DNA of 64,000 nucleotides from an uncultured bacterium. Its GTDB lineage: Bacteria > Verrucomicrobiota > Verrucomicrobiia > Limisphaerales > UBA8199. The notes below the pieces were generated by a model. The model ran no database searches. It was not told the DNA's origin and saw only the letters and a list, made by a program, of their open reading frames with translations. Location of the stretch: the NCBI GenBank assembly GCA_963749495.1, contig CAVVMW010000021.1, positions 512,001 to 576,000 on the forward strand, given 5' to 3'. Shown piece by piece: positions 39,710 through 52,100 of the stretch. Each line of letters opens with the position of its first letter. Within the stretch, counting starts at the first letter, position 1. The translations under genes and the position numbers were made by a program.

Positions 39710-39973
39710 ATGCCCCGAAAAACCCGCCCCGAAAAACCTGACCGCCGTGGCGCGCGCGGCCGCCCCTTCTCCGAGATGCGCACCCCGCGCCCCAAGCCCA
39801 AAATCGATTTCACCGTCGACGCCCTTGACTTCAAGAACACCAACCTCCTGAGGCAGTTCGTGACCGACCAGGGCCGCATCTTGCCCCGCAAATACACCGG
39901 CCTGCCCGCCCATTACCAGCGCCGCCTCAACCGCGCCATCAAGCGCGCCCGGCAGATGCTGCTAATGAAGTAA
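39710..39973 (+). CDS. rpsR: 30S ribosomal protein S18
   Basis: LDFKNTNLLRQFVTDQGRILPRKYTG...QRRLNRAIKRARQMLL. Confidence 0.95.
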   Translation: MPRKTRPEKPDRRGARGRPFSEMRTPRPKPKIDFTVDALDFKNTNLLRQFVTDQGRILPRKYTGLPAHYQRRLNRAIKRARQMLLMK

Positions 39974-39978
39974 GCCCG

Positions 39979-40033
39979 AGTGCGGAATGCGGAATGCTCA
40001 GAGTGCGGAATGCGGAATGCGGAATGCGGAATG
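39979..40033. repeat. (GCGGAAT)n heptamer tract
   Basis: gtgcggaatgcggaatg...gtgcggaatgcggaatgcggaatgcggaatg. Confidence 0.8.
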
Positions 40034-40266
40034 TCCCGAGTGCGGCGGCCTAACGGACTTCCAGAGCCTCTGGCGCCCTTTCCAGGAACCGACACCAAGT
40101 CCGAAGGTTTTGGACTGGCGCAGTCCAAAACCTTGCGGGCTTCCCGACGCCATCCTCCAATTGCCCGGCGTGCGGAAGGCCGACAAAGCCGAGATGCGGC
40201 CCCGGTCCGCCGAGCCGATTTTCTGCCGTTTACATCGAGCCCCGCCTGTTGTATAACGCCCGGCGT

Positions 40267-41161
40267 ATGGCCAAACTCGAAATCTCCATCCTGGGTCTGC
40301 TGTTTTGCGCACTGCCGGCCCTTGGCGCAGAGAGCGCCATCATCGCCCCCGGCCAGACGCTTCAAAAGCTCTCCGGCGCCTTCGAATTCACCGAAGGACC
40401 GGCGTGCGACAGCCAGGGCAACGTCTTTTTCACCGACCAACCCAACGACCGCATCCTCAAATGGAGCACCGACGGCAAGCTGACCACGTTCATGAAACCG
40501 TGCGGGCGGTCCAACGGCCTTTCGTTTGACGCGGCCGGCAACCTCTGGGCGTGCGCGGACGAGAACAACCAGATGTGGCGCATCGATCCCGCGGGCAAGG
40601 TCACCGTCGTCGTCAAGGATTATCAGGGCAAGCTCCTCAACGGACCCAACGACGTCTCGGGTCCGCCCCGCCGGCGGGATTTATTTCACCGACCCCTACT
40701 ACCATCGTGATTACTGGAAACGCGGCCCCAAGGAGATCCCCGAGTGCGTCTATTTCCTCTCGGCCGATGAGAAGACACTGACCCGCGTCATCGATGATTT
40801 CAAGCAACCCAACGGCATCATCGGCACGCCCGACGGCAAGCTGCTCTACGTGGCCGACATCGGCGCCGGCAAGACCTACCGCTATCGCATCCAACCCGAT
40901 GGCTCGCTCACGGACAAAACACTCTTCTGTCAAAAGGGGTCGGACGGAATGACCATCGATGACCGCGGCAATGTCTATTTGACGGGCAATGGCGTTTGGG
41001 TCTTCGATCCCTCCGGCAAACAAATCGAGCACATCGAGGTCAAGGAACCCTGGACGGCCAATGTTTGCTTCGGCGGGCTGGACCGCCGGACCCTCTTCAT
41101 CACCGCCAGTCACTGCCTCTACTGCCTCCGCATGCAGGTCAAGGGCGTGGATAGCCAGTAG
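40267..41161 (+). CDS. SMP-30/gluconolactonase family protein; frameshift at ~40658
   Basis: FTEGP, SNGL, LNGPND then YFTDP, PNGI, DGMTIDDRGNVY, NVCFGG in the next frame. Confidence 0.85.
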
Positions 41162-41597
41162 CTCGGGCGCCCCCAAGGGACATTCGAGAGCAGCCCCACG
41201 AGCCAACGCCTGCAGCGCCAACGGCACGGCCCATACCAGCCTGGGCCAACGGCCCTGCTCGCGCGCGTTGCGGAGCGACGCAGTGAAGGTAGCCGTGGAC
41301 CTCGGTCCACGGTTTGCGGTGTGGGAACGGTCCCGCGTCGCGTAGCGACGCCTGACGGCCTCGGGGTTTTCAGGCGTCGCTACGCGACGCGGTCGAGCTT
41401 GGGCCATGGGTCCGTGGACTGGAAGTCCACGGCTACCATCGGGCACCGCTACGCGGTGAACCTGGGCAGTTGGCCCAGGCTGGTATGAGCCGCGCCGTTG
41501 GCGCTTTGACAAGGAGCTCAAATGTCCGAACTCCAAATGTTCTTTCATTTTCCGTCTAAGAAATAGCGCCCTCCGGTGTCTGAGAAGGTAAGACACG

Positions 41598-42223
41598 ATG
41601 TCCTGCACAGAGCAAGACCGCCGGAGGGGCTCAGTGAGCAAGGCAAGTGGCGGGGGACCGCCGAGCATGGCCCTAATGCGACCTGACCCAGCCAGCACGG
41701 AACCGACCGGTTGTGAGACGATCGAGGAGCTGTTCGCAGCCCTGGAATCGCCGCTATTGAGTTACGCCCTGCGCCTGGTGGCGCGGGGCGGCGTGGCCGA
41801 GGACATCGTCCAGGAAGCGTTCATGAGACTTCATGCCCAGTTCGAGCAGGTGCGCGAGCCGCGACGCTGGCTCTACCGCACGGTCCATAACCTGGCGCTC
41901 AACCATTAACGCCAGGCGGACAAGCTCGTCCCGCTCGGCCTCGGTGCCCAGGACCCTCGCCGCCCCCAGTTGAGGCCGCCGACCCGCAGCCGCTGCCCGA
42001 CGAACAGATCGCCCGCTGGGAAGGCATCGGCCTGGTCCGGCTCAGTCTCGAAACCCTCGACGAACGCAGCCGCCAACTGGTCCGGCTCAAGTTCAACGAT
42101 GGCCTCTCCTACAAAGAAATGAGCGCCCGCACCGGCCTGAGTATCGGCAACGTCGGCTACATCCTGCACCACGCTCTCAAGGCCATCGCCCAGGAACTGG
42201 CCAGAAATGGCGTCATTCCATGA
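41598..42223 (+). pseudogene. ECF sigma-70 factor, interrupted (in-frame TAA at 41907-41909 plus a frameshift)
   Basis: Region 2: AEDIVQEAFMRL...WLYRTVHNLALN. Region 4 in another frame: LDERSRQLVRLKFNDGLSYKEMSARTGLSIGNVGYILHHALK. May be intact in vivo if the breaks are sequencing errors. Confidence 0.8.
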
Positions 42224-42235
42224 AAATTATTTGAG

Positions 42236-45200
42236 ATGAATCCAGACATCCCTCACCAAACTCCCGAGGCACTCGAGGCCAGGCTCACGGCGCTGTTGCT
42301 CGGGGAATTGCCGCCGGATGAGGCCGCCGCCCTGCGCCGCGCCCTCGAGCAGGACCCGGCCCTGGCGGCCCTCCACCAGCGGCTCAAGCTCACCATCAAC
42401 CTCGTCCGCGAGACCGCCGGGCACCCAGCCGGCCAACCTGCCGCCCCACCCGTGCTCCTCAAACTGAGCCAGCGCCGCCGGGAGACATTGCTCGCCCATT
42501 TCAAGACCGTTGCGCCCAAGGAATTCGCCTACTCCCGCCGGGAGGATTGGAAGAAGGCGGCCAGGATGGGTATAGTCGCCGCCGCTGCAATGCTCATCGG
42601 CTTGCTCACCCTGGCGGTGCTGCTGCCGAGCCTGGTTAAGAGCAAGGACGAGCGCCTTGCCGATGACTACAGGTTCGGCTACAGCTACAGGTTAGGCGCG
42701 CGCCGCACTATTTCGCCCAATCCCACCGCGGCAACACCAACTCCGCCGCTGGCGCAAGCCGGCGTCTCCTTCAACCGCCCTGCCGGGCAGAGCGTCCAGG
42801 AATCTGCCTTGGCCCGCAAGGCGGCGAACCGGACTGAAATCGTCCTGTCGGCCGCCGATGGCGCAAGTTCGGCCGCGACCCAGCCAACAGCAGCATTGCC
42901 CGCGCCTGCGCCGGCCGCCGCTGGCACCGAAGTGCAGTCCTTCCCCCTCAGCCACGCAGACCCGGCTGAGATGGCCGACCAACTGGCCCAACTCCTTCCA
43001 GGGAAGGTGGCTGCAACCGGGGACAGCTCGCGGCGCTCGCTCCAAGTCACCGCCCCAAGTGACGTGATGCCTCACGTCGGCGAACTCGTGAAGCAACTCG
43101 ACGCCAGCGACGCCAGGCATGAAGCCGTGCGCGTCTTTGACCTGAGCAACGCCGACCCAGCGGATGTCCAGGCGGTCCTGCAAGACCTCTTCCGCCGGAG
43201 CGGAAATGTGCTCAGCCTTAGTGAGAACAACCGAAATTCCCTCCTGGGCGCGGGCAATCCGCCCGTCATGCCTCAGACGCAGAAGGGGACCTCGATCTCG
43301 ACGACAAGCCAGGGCTCTGGGGGCTTTGGCGGCATAGCTCCCTCGGGCTCGCCAGGCCGAGAGCATGGCATCGGGAACATGATGGGTGGAATGGGCGGTG
43401 GGGCGATGGGCGGTGGCATGATGGGTGGAATGGGCGGCGCAGTTGCCTCGGCGCCTCCCGCCGCCCCTGAAACGGCGGCTTCGGTCACCGATTCGACGCC
43501 CTTCCCACCTATAATCTATAGCTTGGTGCCAAGGGCCACCGGCGCGACACAACCGATCGATGTCCCAATCCCAATCGAGGGGACGACGAGGGACCGGCTG
43601 GTTGAGGCTTTCCCGGAAGCCGCACCACTCGCCCCGCCGGCCGGAAAGCCAGCGCCGGCCAAAGGCGCCCCCGTGGCGGGGGTGGCCAGCACCGGCACAG
43701 CCGCCGGCTTCCAAATGGGGTTAGGCTACTTCCTTGGTGCGCCCGTCGGCGGGCAGGCACCCACCAACACGAGCACACCCGGGCAGCAGATCCCGATTCT
43801 CGGCGACACGCCGACTATAGGCAGGCTGTTCCGCGAGGACATCGCACAATCAGCCGCTGACGACGTTGAAGCCCAGTTGCAGGTCGAGCTGCCCTTGCTG
43901 CTCCGCGAGGAGATCGCACAATCAGCCGCTAAGGGCCTTGAGCTCAACAACCTGGGCCTATCTCACAATTTGGCCGGCAAGGGGATCGAGGGTCTTACTG
44001 CGACAAACGCCGTGGCGTGGACCGATGCCTCTGGGCTATTCGGCGGCATTTCAAATGGCTCGGCAGGCGGGGCCACTAGGCTACACGGGGTTGATAACAG
44101 TTTTGGCCTGCCTGTTTCGAGCTTCAGCTCCACAACCAACATCGCCGTCGGAGAAGTCCAAGGGCTCCGGGGCCGTGTCGCCAAGCCCGCCATCATCGCC
44201 GGTGACGCCTACTTCTCGATTGACCGCGAGTCGCGCAGAGTTCTGACTCTCACCGATCAGGAGACTGACGCGGCCATCTCCCAGGTTCTCTCGAACTCCA
44301 ACGTCAGGGCCGGCACCATTACCCTTCCCGGCAGGGTCATCTTCGCAACGGACCCCAAGACGGGCCGAGTGGTGAGCATCCCCGACACCGGAGCGGTGGC
44401 CTCCGTCGAGTCTCGCATTGTCCGAGCCCCCGGCTGCCGACCGGGCACGCAAGCTCGAGGAAGCCGCGACCCGCGCGCCCCAAGACGCCCAACGCGAGCA
44501 GCAGGTGGCCCGGTTGAACCGGACTGCCGCCGCGGCGAAGTCTTACGCCGAGCCCGACGAGCCGCGGCCGAAGCCCGCCGCCCTGGCGCCGATCCCGCAG
44601 CCGGAGGTCCAGACGCGCGACAATGCGTTCTCGACCTTCTCGCTCAACGTGAGCGACGTCTCGTTCAAGCTGGCGGCGGCGAGCCTGGAGAAGGGCGCGA
44701 TGCCGGAGCCGGCCACAATCCGCAGCGAGGAATTCATCAACGCCTTCGATTACCGCGACCCCGAGGCGCCGCCGGGCGTGCCAGTTGCCTTTGCCTTCGA
44801 GCGGGCGCGCTACCCGTTTGCGCACAACCGGGACCTGGTCCGGTTCTCGCTCAAGACGGCGTCCCAGGGCCGGGAGGCGGGCCGCCCGTTGAACCTGGTG
44901 CTGCTGCTGGACAACTCGGGTTCGATGGAGCGGGCCGACCGCGTGAGCATCATTCGCGAGGCCCTGCGCGTGCTGGCCGCACAACTCGGCCCCAGGACCG
45001 GTTCAGCCTCATCACCTTCTCGCGCACCGCACGCCTCCGGGCGGACGGCATCTCCGGCGACCAGGCGGCCAGGGCAGCCGAAGAGGCCGCCGGCCTCACC
45101 CCTCAAGGCGGAACCAACCTTGAAGAGGCGATGAACCTGGCTTACCAGACCGCCCTGCGCCATTACATGGCCACCGGCATCAACCGCGTCGTGCTCCTCA

Positions 45201-45929
45201 CCGACGGCGCGGCCAACCTCGGCAACGTCGAGCCCGAGGCGCTCAAGCAGAAGGTCGAGGCCCACCGCAAACTGGGCGTCGCCCTCGATTGCTTCGGCAT
45301 CGGCTGGGAAGGCTACAACGACGATTTGCTCGAAGTCCTTACGCGCAACGGCGATGGCCGGTATGGCTTTCTCAACACGCCCGAGGAGGCGGCCGGCGAG
45401 TTCGCGGCCAAGCTTGCCGGGGCGCTGCGCGTGGCCGCCGCCGATGTCAAGGTGCAGGTCGAGTTCAATCCCGGCCGCGTCACCGCCTACCGGCAGATCG
45501 GCTACGCCAAACACCAGCTCACCAAAGAGCAGTTCCGGGACAACACCGTGGCTGCCGCGCAGCTTGGCGCCACCGAGGCCGGCAATGCCCTCTATGTGAT
45601 CGAGACCAACCCGAATGGCGACGGCCCGCTCGGCACGGTGCGCGTGCGGTACAACGTCCCCGGCACCAGCGATTACCGCGAGCAGGAATGGGTGGTGCCC
45701 TACACCGGCACCGCCGCCCCGCTCGAGCAGGCCGGCCCGGCCCTGCGCCTGGCCGCCACGTCGAGCGCCTTCGCCGAATGGCTCGCCTCCAGCCCGTTCG
45801 CCGCCGAGGTCGACCCCGTCCAAACTGCTCCCGTACCTGACCGGCGTGCCGGAGGCCTACGCCCCCGATGCCCGGCCCCAGAAACTCGAATGGACGATCC
45901 GCCAGGCGCAAAGTCTGGCCGGCAAGTAG
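42236..45929 (+). CDS. Anti-sigma-like membrane protein with secretin-like segments and YfbK-type VWA domains; frameshifts ~44420, ~44990, ~45820
   Basis: N-terminal LTALLLGEL (anti-sigma-like) then a TM helix. Secretin-N-like LSHADP/LSNADP repeats and IPILGDTPTIGRLFR. FSTFSLNVSDVSF...RSEEFINAFDY, MIDAS DNSGSM, GGTNLE, VLLTDGAAN, YRQIGY. Confidence 0.75.
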
Positions 45930-46124
45930 GGACATGGAAGGCCGCAACAGCTTAGGATCGCGCCTCGGGACCCTGAATCGGAGGGGCCTTGCCGGGCGCG
46001 AAGCGTTTTGGACTGCGCCAGTCCTCTGGCGCTTTTTGGATGCTGGGGACGCGAAAGCGCCAGAGGACTGGCGCACTCCAAAACCTTGCGGGCTTTGGTT
46101 CGGTTCATGTTCGTCTGAATTATT

Positions 46125-49100
46125 ATGAGCGAAAAAAACTTTCTGCTGCCGATCCTCCTTTTCTTCTTGCTGCCCTTTGCCGCCGCCGCGGGCGAATTGG
46201 GGACCAACCCGTCGCCTTCCGTGGTGCTTGAGGACTTTAAGCTGACCGGCGACTTGGGGAGCAACCGGGCGTCGTTCACGCTCACGGCCATGGCGCGCGT
46301 CGAGGACCCCAAGGGCGGCTGGCTCGAGCCTGCTGAGCGGGCCCGTGGCGCTGACCGAAGTGGCCCATCACCCTGCCTGGAAGCTGCGCGCCGGCCAGAA
46401 CCGGTTCAGTGTCGGGTTCGACCGCGCCGGCCGGTTCCCGCTCCGGCTCAAGTTCGACGCGGCGGTTCGCCGTGCGGAGAACTGGAGCCGGGTCGAGTTC
46501 CGGCTCGCGCCCAGCGCGCTGGAGCCTGTCGTGCTGCGCGGCCTGGCGCCCGACACCCAATTCGAGTTTGCCGGCGCCGCCCGGCCCGAGCGGGTCGGCA
46601 GTGATTTCGTGAGCTACCTCCCTTCGGACGGGGCGGTGAAGCTCGCGTGGAACGAGGCGCGGCCGGAGGCCGAGGGCAAGCTGTTCTACGCCGCGGAGAT
46701 GCTCGCGCAGATCAACGTGAGTCCGGGCCTGATGCGGCAGGTGGGGGTGTTGGGCTTCAAGGTGATGCAGGGTGAACTCAAGCGCGTGGCGGTGTTGCTG
46801 CGGGGCGCCGGCGAGGTCACCCGCGTCCAGGGCGACCAGGTGCTGGCCTGGAACGTCGAACCCGCTCAGGGCTCGGCCGACCGCCGGCTCGTGGTCCAAT
46901 TCAACCAGCCGCAGACCGACCACTTCGCGCTCCTGGTCCAGGTGCAAACGCCATTGGGGGCGTTTGCGCAGGCCATCGAGGCGGTGCAGTTGCGGCCGGA
47001 GGGCGCGACCCGCTTTGCCGGGTATTACCGCATCGTCAACGAAGGGGCGGTGCGGCTCGAAGTCGCCCAGGCCAGCGGGCTGTCCCAGGTCTCGCCCGAG
47101 CAATTCCCCGAGAGCGACGCCACGCGCGCGGCCTTGCGCCCGGCCGGCAGCCAGCGCTTCGTCTATCGCTTTTCGGGCGCGGACTTCGCCCTGCGCATCC
47201 AGGCGGACCAAGTCCTGCCCGAGTTGGCGGTCTCGCAACTGCTGGCCTATCACCTGGGCGAAAACGAGCTGGCCATCGATGCCGAGCTGGAGTTGGACAT
47301 CCGCGAGGCCCCACTGCGGGAGCTGTTGCTCCGCGTCCCCAAAGGCTACGCCATCGCCCAGCTCAACGCCGCCGGCCTGAGCGACTATTTCCTGCGCCAA
47401 CCGGCCGATCAACCCGAAGCCGAGTTGCGCCTGGTGTATGGGCAGCCGATCTCGGGCCGGCAGGTGGTCCAGTTGCGGCTGGAGCACAACAAGGCGCTCG
47501 ACGGGGGCTCCTGGGACCTGCCCCGCATCGAGGCCGCCAAAGCCAAATCGCTGCGCGGGCACGTCGCCGTGTCGGCCGACGCCGGTTTTCGTCTCACGGC
47601 AGAGCGGACGCAGGGGTTGACCGAGATAGCCACCGCCTTTTTCCCGCGCAAAGTGGCCGGCATCCAGGCGGCCTTCCGCCTGAGCGACCCCTCCTGGCAG
47701 GCGGCGCTGCGGGTCGAGCGCCTCCCCCAGACGGTTCAGGCCGATGCCTTTCACCTCTTCTCGATTGGCGAGGGCATTGCATACGGCAGCAGCCTGATCA
47801 ACTACGTCGTGTCTGGCGCCCCCGTGGCGGCCTTCAAGCTCGAACTCTCGAACGAGTACACCAACGTCGAGTTCACCGGCAAAGACATTCGCAACTGGCA
47901 ACAGACCGCCGGGGGTTACCTGGTGCAGTTGCACACGCCGGTCGCGGGGGCCTACGCCCTGCTGGCCACCTACGAGCGGCCTTTCAAAGCCCAGGGCGAA
48001 ACCCTCGCCTTCACGGGCGCGCGCCCGCTCGACGCCCAGTCCGAGCAGGGCCACACGCTCATCATCAGCGCCTACCAATTCCAGGTGAAACCGGAGAGCG
48101 TCTCGCGCGGCTTGCTGCGCCTGGATACCCGCGAGGTCCCGCCCGAATACCGCCTCTTCTTCGATGCCCCCATCCTCGCCGCCTTCCGCTACACCGCGCG
48201 CCCGTTCGACCTCAAGCTGGCCCTCAGCCCGCTGGCCCAGGGCGACTCGCTCAGCCTGGTAGTGGACCGCGCCTGGCTCACCAACCGCATCTCGAAGGAG
48301 GGCCAGGTCCTGACCGACGCGCGCTACTTCGTGAAAAGCCGGGGCAACCCGCACTTGAGGCTCGAACTCCCGCCGGGAACCGAGTTGTGGTCTGCCAGCG
48401 TGAACGGCGCGCCCGTGGTCCCGCTCCTGGACGCCCAGGCCAACCTCATCCCGCTGCCGCAGGGGGCCGATCCGAACTCGGTGCTGGTCATCGATCTGAA
48501 GCTGGCCGCCAAGGCGAAAGACCCCGGACGAGTCCGCCTGGGCGCCCCGGCGGTCGGCGCGCCGGTCCTGCTGGAGGAGTGGCAGGTCCAGCCCGATACC
48601 GGGCAACGGTTGCTCTACCGCGGCGGCTCGCTCACTCCTGCGGGCGGCGTGGCCGATCGCTCGGGCTTCAGCGCCCTGGCCCGCGTGTTCACCGGCGACC
48701 AGGCCGAATGGGCGTGGTTAACACTGCTGATGGCGCTGGGCCTGCTGGCGGCGGGCGTGGTGGTCTGGGCCTGGGCAAGCGCGGAAGGCGTTTATCGATT
48801 CAGCGTCCGCCATATCCTGGGCGCGCTGCTGGGCCTGATAGCCGTGGCGCTGGGGGCGCTCGCGTTCGTGAACCTGGCCGGACTGGCCGGTGAGCAGCGG
48901 CTATTGGCGCCGTGTGACCTCTCATTCCTGGCGCCGATACAGCAGGCGGGCAGCGCCCTGAGCCTCGAAGTCGCCAACATCCCGGAGCGGGCCACGATGG
49001 GCGAGGTCCTCGACTGCGCCTGGCCGGTGCTGCTGGCGCTGGGGGCCTGGGTTTATGGTTGGCTCGCAGACAAGCCTGCGTGGAGGGCCTCGTCCCGGAT

Positions 49101-52100
49101 GGGCGGCTGGCTCTTGTTGGCCTGGGCGGCCTTGCGCTGTGCGAACGGCCTGACCGCGTTCCTGGCCGTTTTGGGGGCGTTCCTGGTTTTGCACGCGGTG
49201 GTTCCGGCTCTGAAGCGCCTGTTCAAGCTGCCGGCGCCTTCGGCTCGGCTGGTCCCTGCAGCGTCCTCCCCAAAAAGTGCGGCGTCCGCAGCCACCGCCC
49301 TGCTCATCGGGGTGCTGGTGTGCTCCGGACTGAGGGCCGGCGCTCAGGCGACCGCTGGGCATCCCGAAGGGATGACAATCACTCAGCCCAGGGTTGCGCG
49401 GCACGCGCTACCCTGGGTAGGCCGCCCAGGATGGCAGAACAACCCTGAAAGGGTTGCATCGCTCAAACCCTTTCAGGGTAACCAGAGTTCGCGGCTGGAT
49501 CCCAGGGTAGCGCGTGCCGCGCAACCCTGGGCTGAGTGCTTGTTATCCCTTCGGGATAAGGGTCGCTCAACGGCGGCCGATCACAACGCATTGCCAAAAA
49601 CCGATTTGGGCTCCTGTCGGGTGCCCCGCAACCCTGCTCGCATCCTCTGCCGCCGCCGCCCCGCCTCCGTGGCGCAGCCTCATGAATCGCCCGTTCCCGA
49701 ATCCGTCGTTCACCAGGTGCGCGTCGAAGACAAATTCGCCCTGGGCACGGCGCGGATTCATTGGCAGGCGGACCGGGCCGAGACGCTGCCGCTGCTCTTC
49801 GAGCCGGCGGTGCTGACGGGCCTGAAATATCCGACCAACGCCCTTAAGCTGGAGCAAGGCCCTGCCGGCTCGAAGATCAGCCACCGTTTATTGGCGCAGA
49901 AGGCCGGGGCGTTCGACATCGAGGTGCAATACGAGTTGCCGGTGGCCAGGCGCGACAAGGAGAGCGGCGTGGCCCTGCCCGTCCCGTATGGGCTGGTCAA
50001 CCGGCTCAAGCTGACGGTGGTCAACCTGGACGTGGACGTGCTCTCGCCGGAGGCGGTCGCCCTGGAGCGCGAACCGGGCGGGAGCAACACGGTGGCCTCG
50101 CTGGTCCTTGCCCCGGCCAACGGGGCCTGGATAGCCTGGCAGCCGCGCAGCCGCGACGTGAGGCGGGAGAACCCGGTGTTCTACGCGGACCTGGCGCAGC
50201 TCTACGTGCCGGGGGCGGGCGTCATCGAAGGCGCGCATTACGTCTCGATTCGCCCGGCCCAGGGCGAGGTGGCGGAGTTGGTCCTGGATGTGCCTGCGGG
50301 GGCCACGATCACTGACGTCATTGACGCCGCGCGCGGGGCCGCCCCGGCCGAGTCGAGCGCCCCCGCAGCCCAGGCCCGGAGCGCGCCGTTGGTGTCGCTG
50401 TGGCGATTCGACCCGGATGCGCGCAAGTTGCGGGTGAGCCTTAACCCCGCCCAGTCGCGCCCGTTCACCCTGCTGGTGCGCTCGCAGATCGGCGCCGGTC
50501 CCCTGCCCTTCGAGCGCTCGTTCGGCCTGCTGGGCGTGGAGAACTCGGCCGGACAAATCGGCCTCCTGGGCGTTGCAACCGGCAACGAAGTCCAACTCGA
50601 CAGCCTCGTCGCGGAGGGCTTTTCGCCCATCAACCTCAAGGATTTCCCAGCCGATATTGTCGGCGCGCTCCAGGGCCATTGCCCCGGGCTGGCGGTCCGC
50701 CGCGCGTTTCGTTACGCCGGCCCGGCCCCGGCCTCCGCAGGCGCGCCCCCTGCGCCACTGGTTGCTTCGCTCAAGGTCTCGGCAGTCGAGCCCGACGTGC
50801 GGGTCGAGACCCAGGACACCCTGTCGCTGGGCGAAGACCGGACCGTCCTGGCCGCCAATGCCAGCGTGAGCATCACCCGGGCGGGCATCTTCCGCCTGAG
50901 CTTCGTCATGCCGGAGGGCTTTGATGTCGAGTCCATCAGCGGCTCCGCCTTGAGTCATTGGACGGAGTCCCGGACCGAGGCGGGCCGGGTGATTACGCTG
51001 CACCTGGCCGGGCAAGACCGAAGGCCAGCAGCAGTTCGCCCTCAGCCTGGCGGGGCCGGGGGTCAAGGCGAGCAAGGCCTGGCGGGCGCCTCAGTTGGCC
51101 CTGCGCGAGGCCTCCAAGCAACGGGGCACGCTCCTGCTGGTGCCGGAACAGGGCTTGCGCCTCCAGGTGGCCGCCTCGGACTTCCTGACGCAGTTGGACC
51201 CGCAACGCTCGGGCATTCGACAAAAGGGCGTGCTGGCCTTCCGTGTGCTGCAGATGCCCTGGAGCCTGACCCTGGAGATCGAGCAGGTGGAACCCTGGGT
51301 CCTGGTCACCAGCCTCCAGCACGCCACGGTCAGCGAGGCCCAGGTGAAGGTGGCCGCCAACCTCCAGTATCAGATCGAGAACACCGGCCTCAAGGCCCTG
51401 CGCGTCTTCCTGCCCACCAACGCCGAGAGCGTGCGCTTCCAGGGCGACCAGGTGGCCGACTTCATGCCCGCGGCGGGCGCGCTCACCAACAGTCTGCAGG
51501 CCTGGGACGTAAAGCTTCATCGGCGGGTGATTGGCTCCTACCTGCTCCAGGCCAACTACCAAACCCTCATGCCCGATCAGGCCCCCGAGACGCTCCTGCG
51601 CGGCGTGCAGGCGGGCGACGTCAACCTCCAGCGCGGATTCGTAACGGTCCAATCCGGCGGACGGCTGCAAGTGCGCATCGACAACCCGCCCGCCGCACTC
51701 CAGCCTGCCGAATGGCAGAGCATCCCACGCGCGCTCCAGCAGGACCTGCCCGCCGCCGCCGCCAATTTCGCCTACCGGCTCGTCGAACCCTCCTTTCAGC
51801 TCGCCCTGAAACTGGAGCGCCATGAAGCCGCCAGGCTCCTCGAAGCCCACGTCAACAGTATCTCCCTGGACTCAGTCATCTCGGACGACGCCGTCATGCT
51901 CACCCAGGTCCGGCTGGACCTCCAACCTGGCGACAAGCGCCTGCTCAATGTCACCCTGCCCAAGGACGCCCGCTTCTGGTTTGCCTTCGTCAACAACGGC
52001 GGCGTTTGGCCCTGGCGCGGGCCCTCGGGCCTGCTCATCCCGCTCGAACAGCAGTCGCGCGGCAACAAGCCCATTCCAGTCGAGCTTTTCTACAGCTCGC

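Noticed and set aside
46282..48606. 774-aa minus-strand ORF (and similar shadows at 57172-58614, 60970-62514, 62445-63938)
   Set aside because: These are antisense shadows of genes with strong GC3 bias and have no recognisable motifs.
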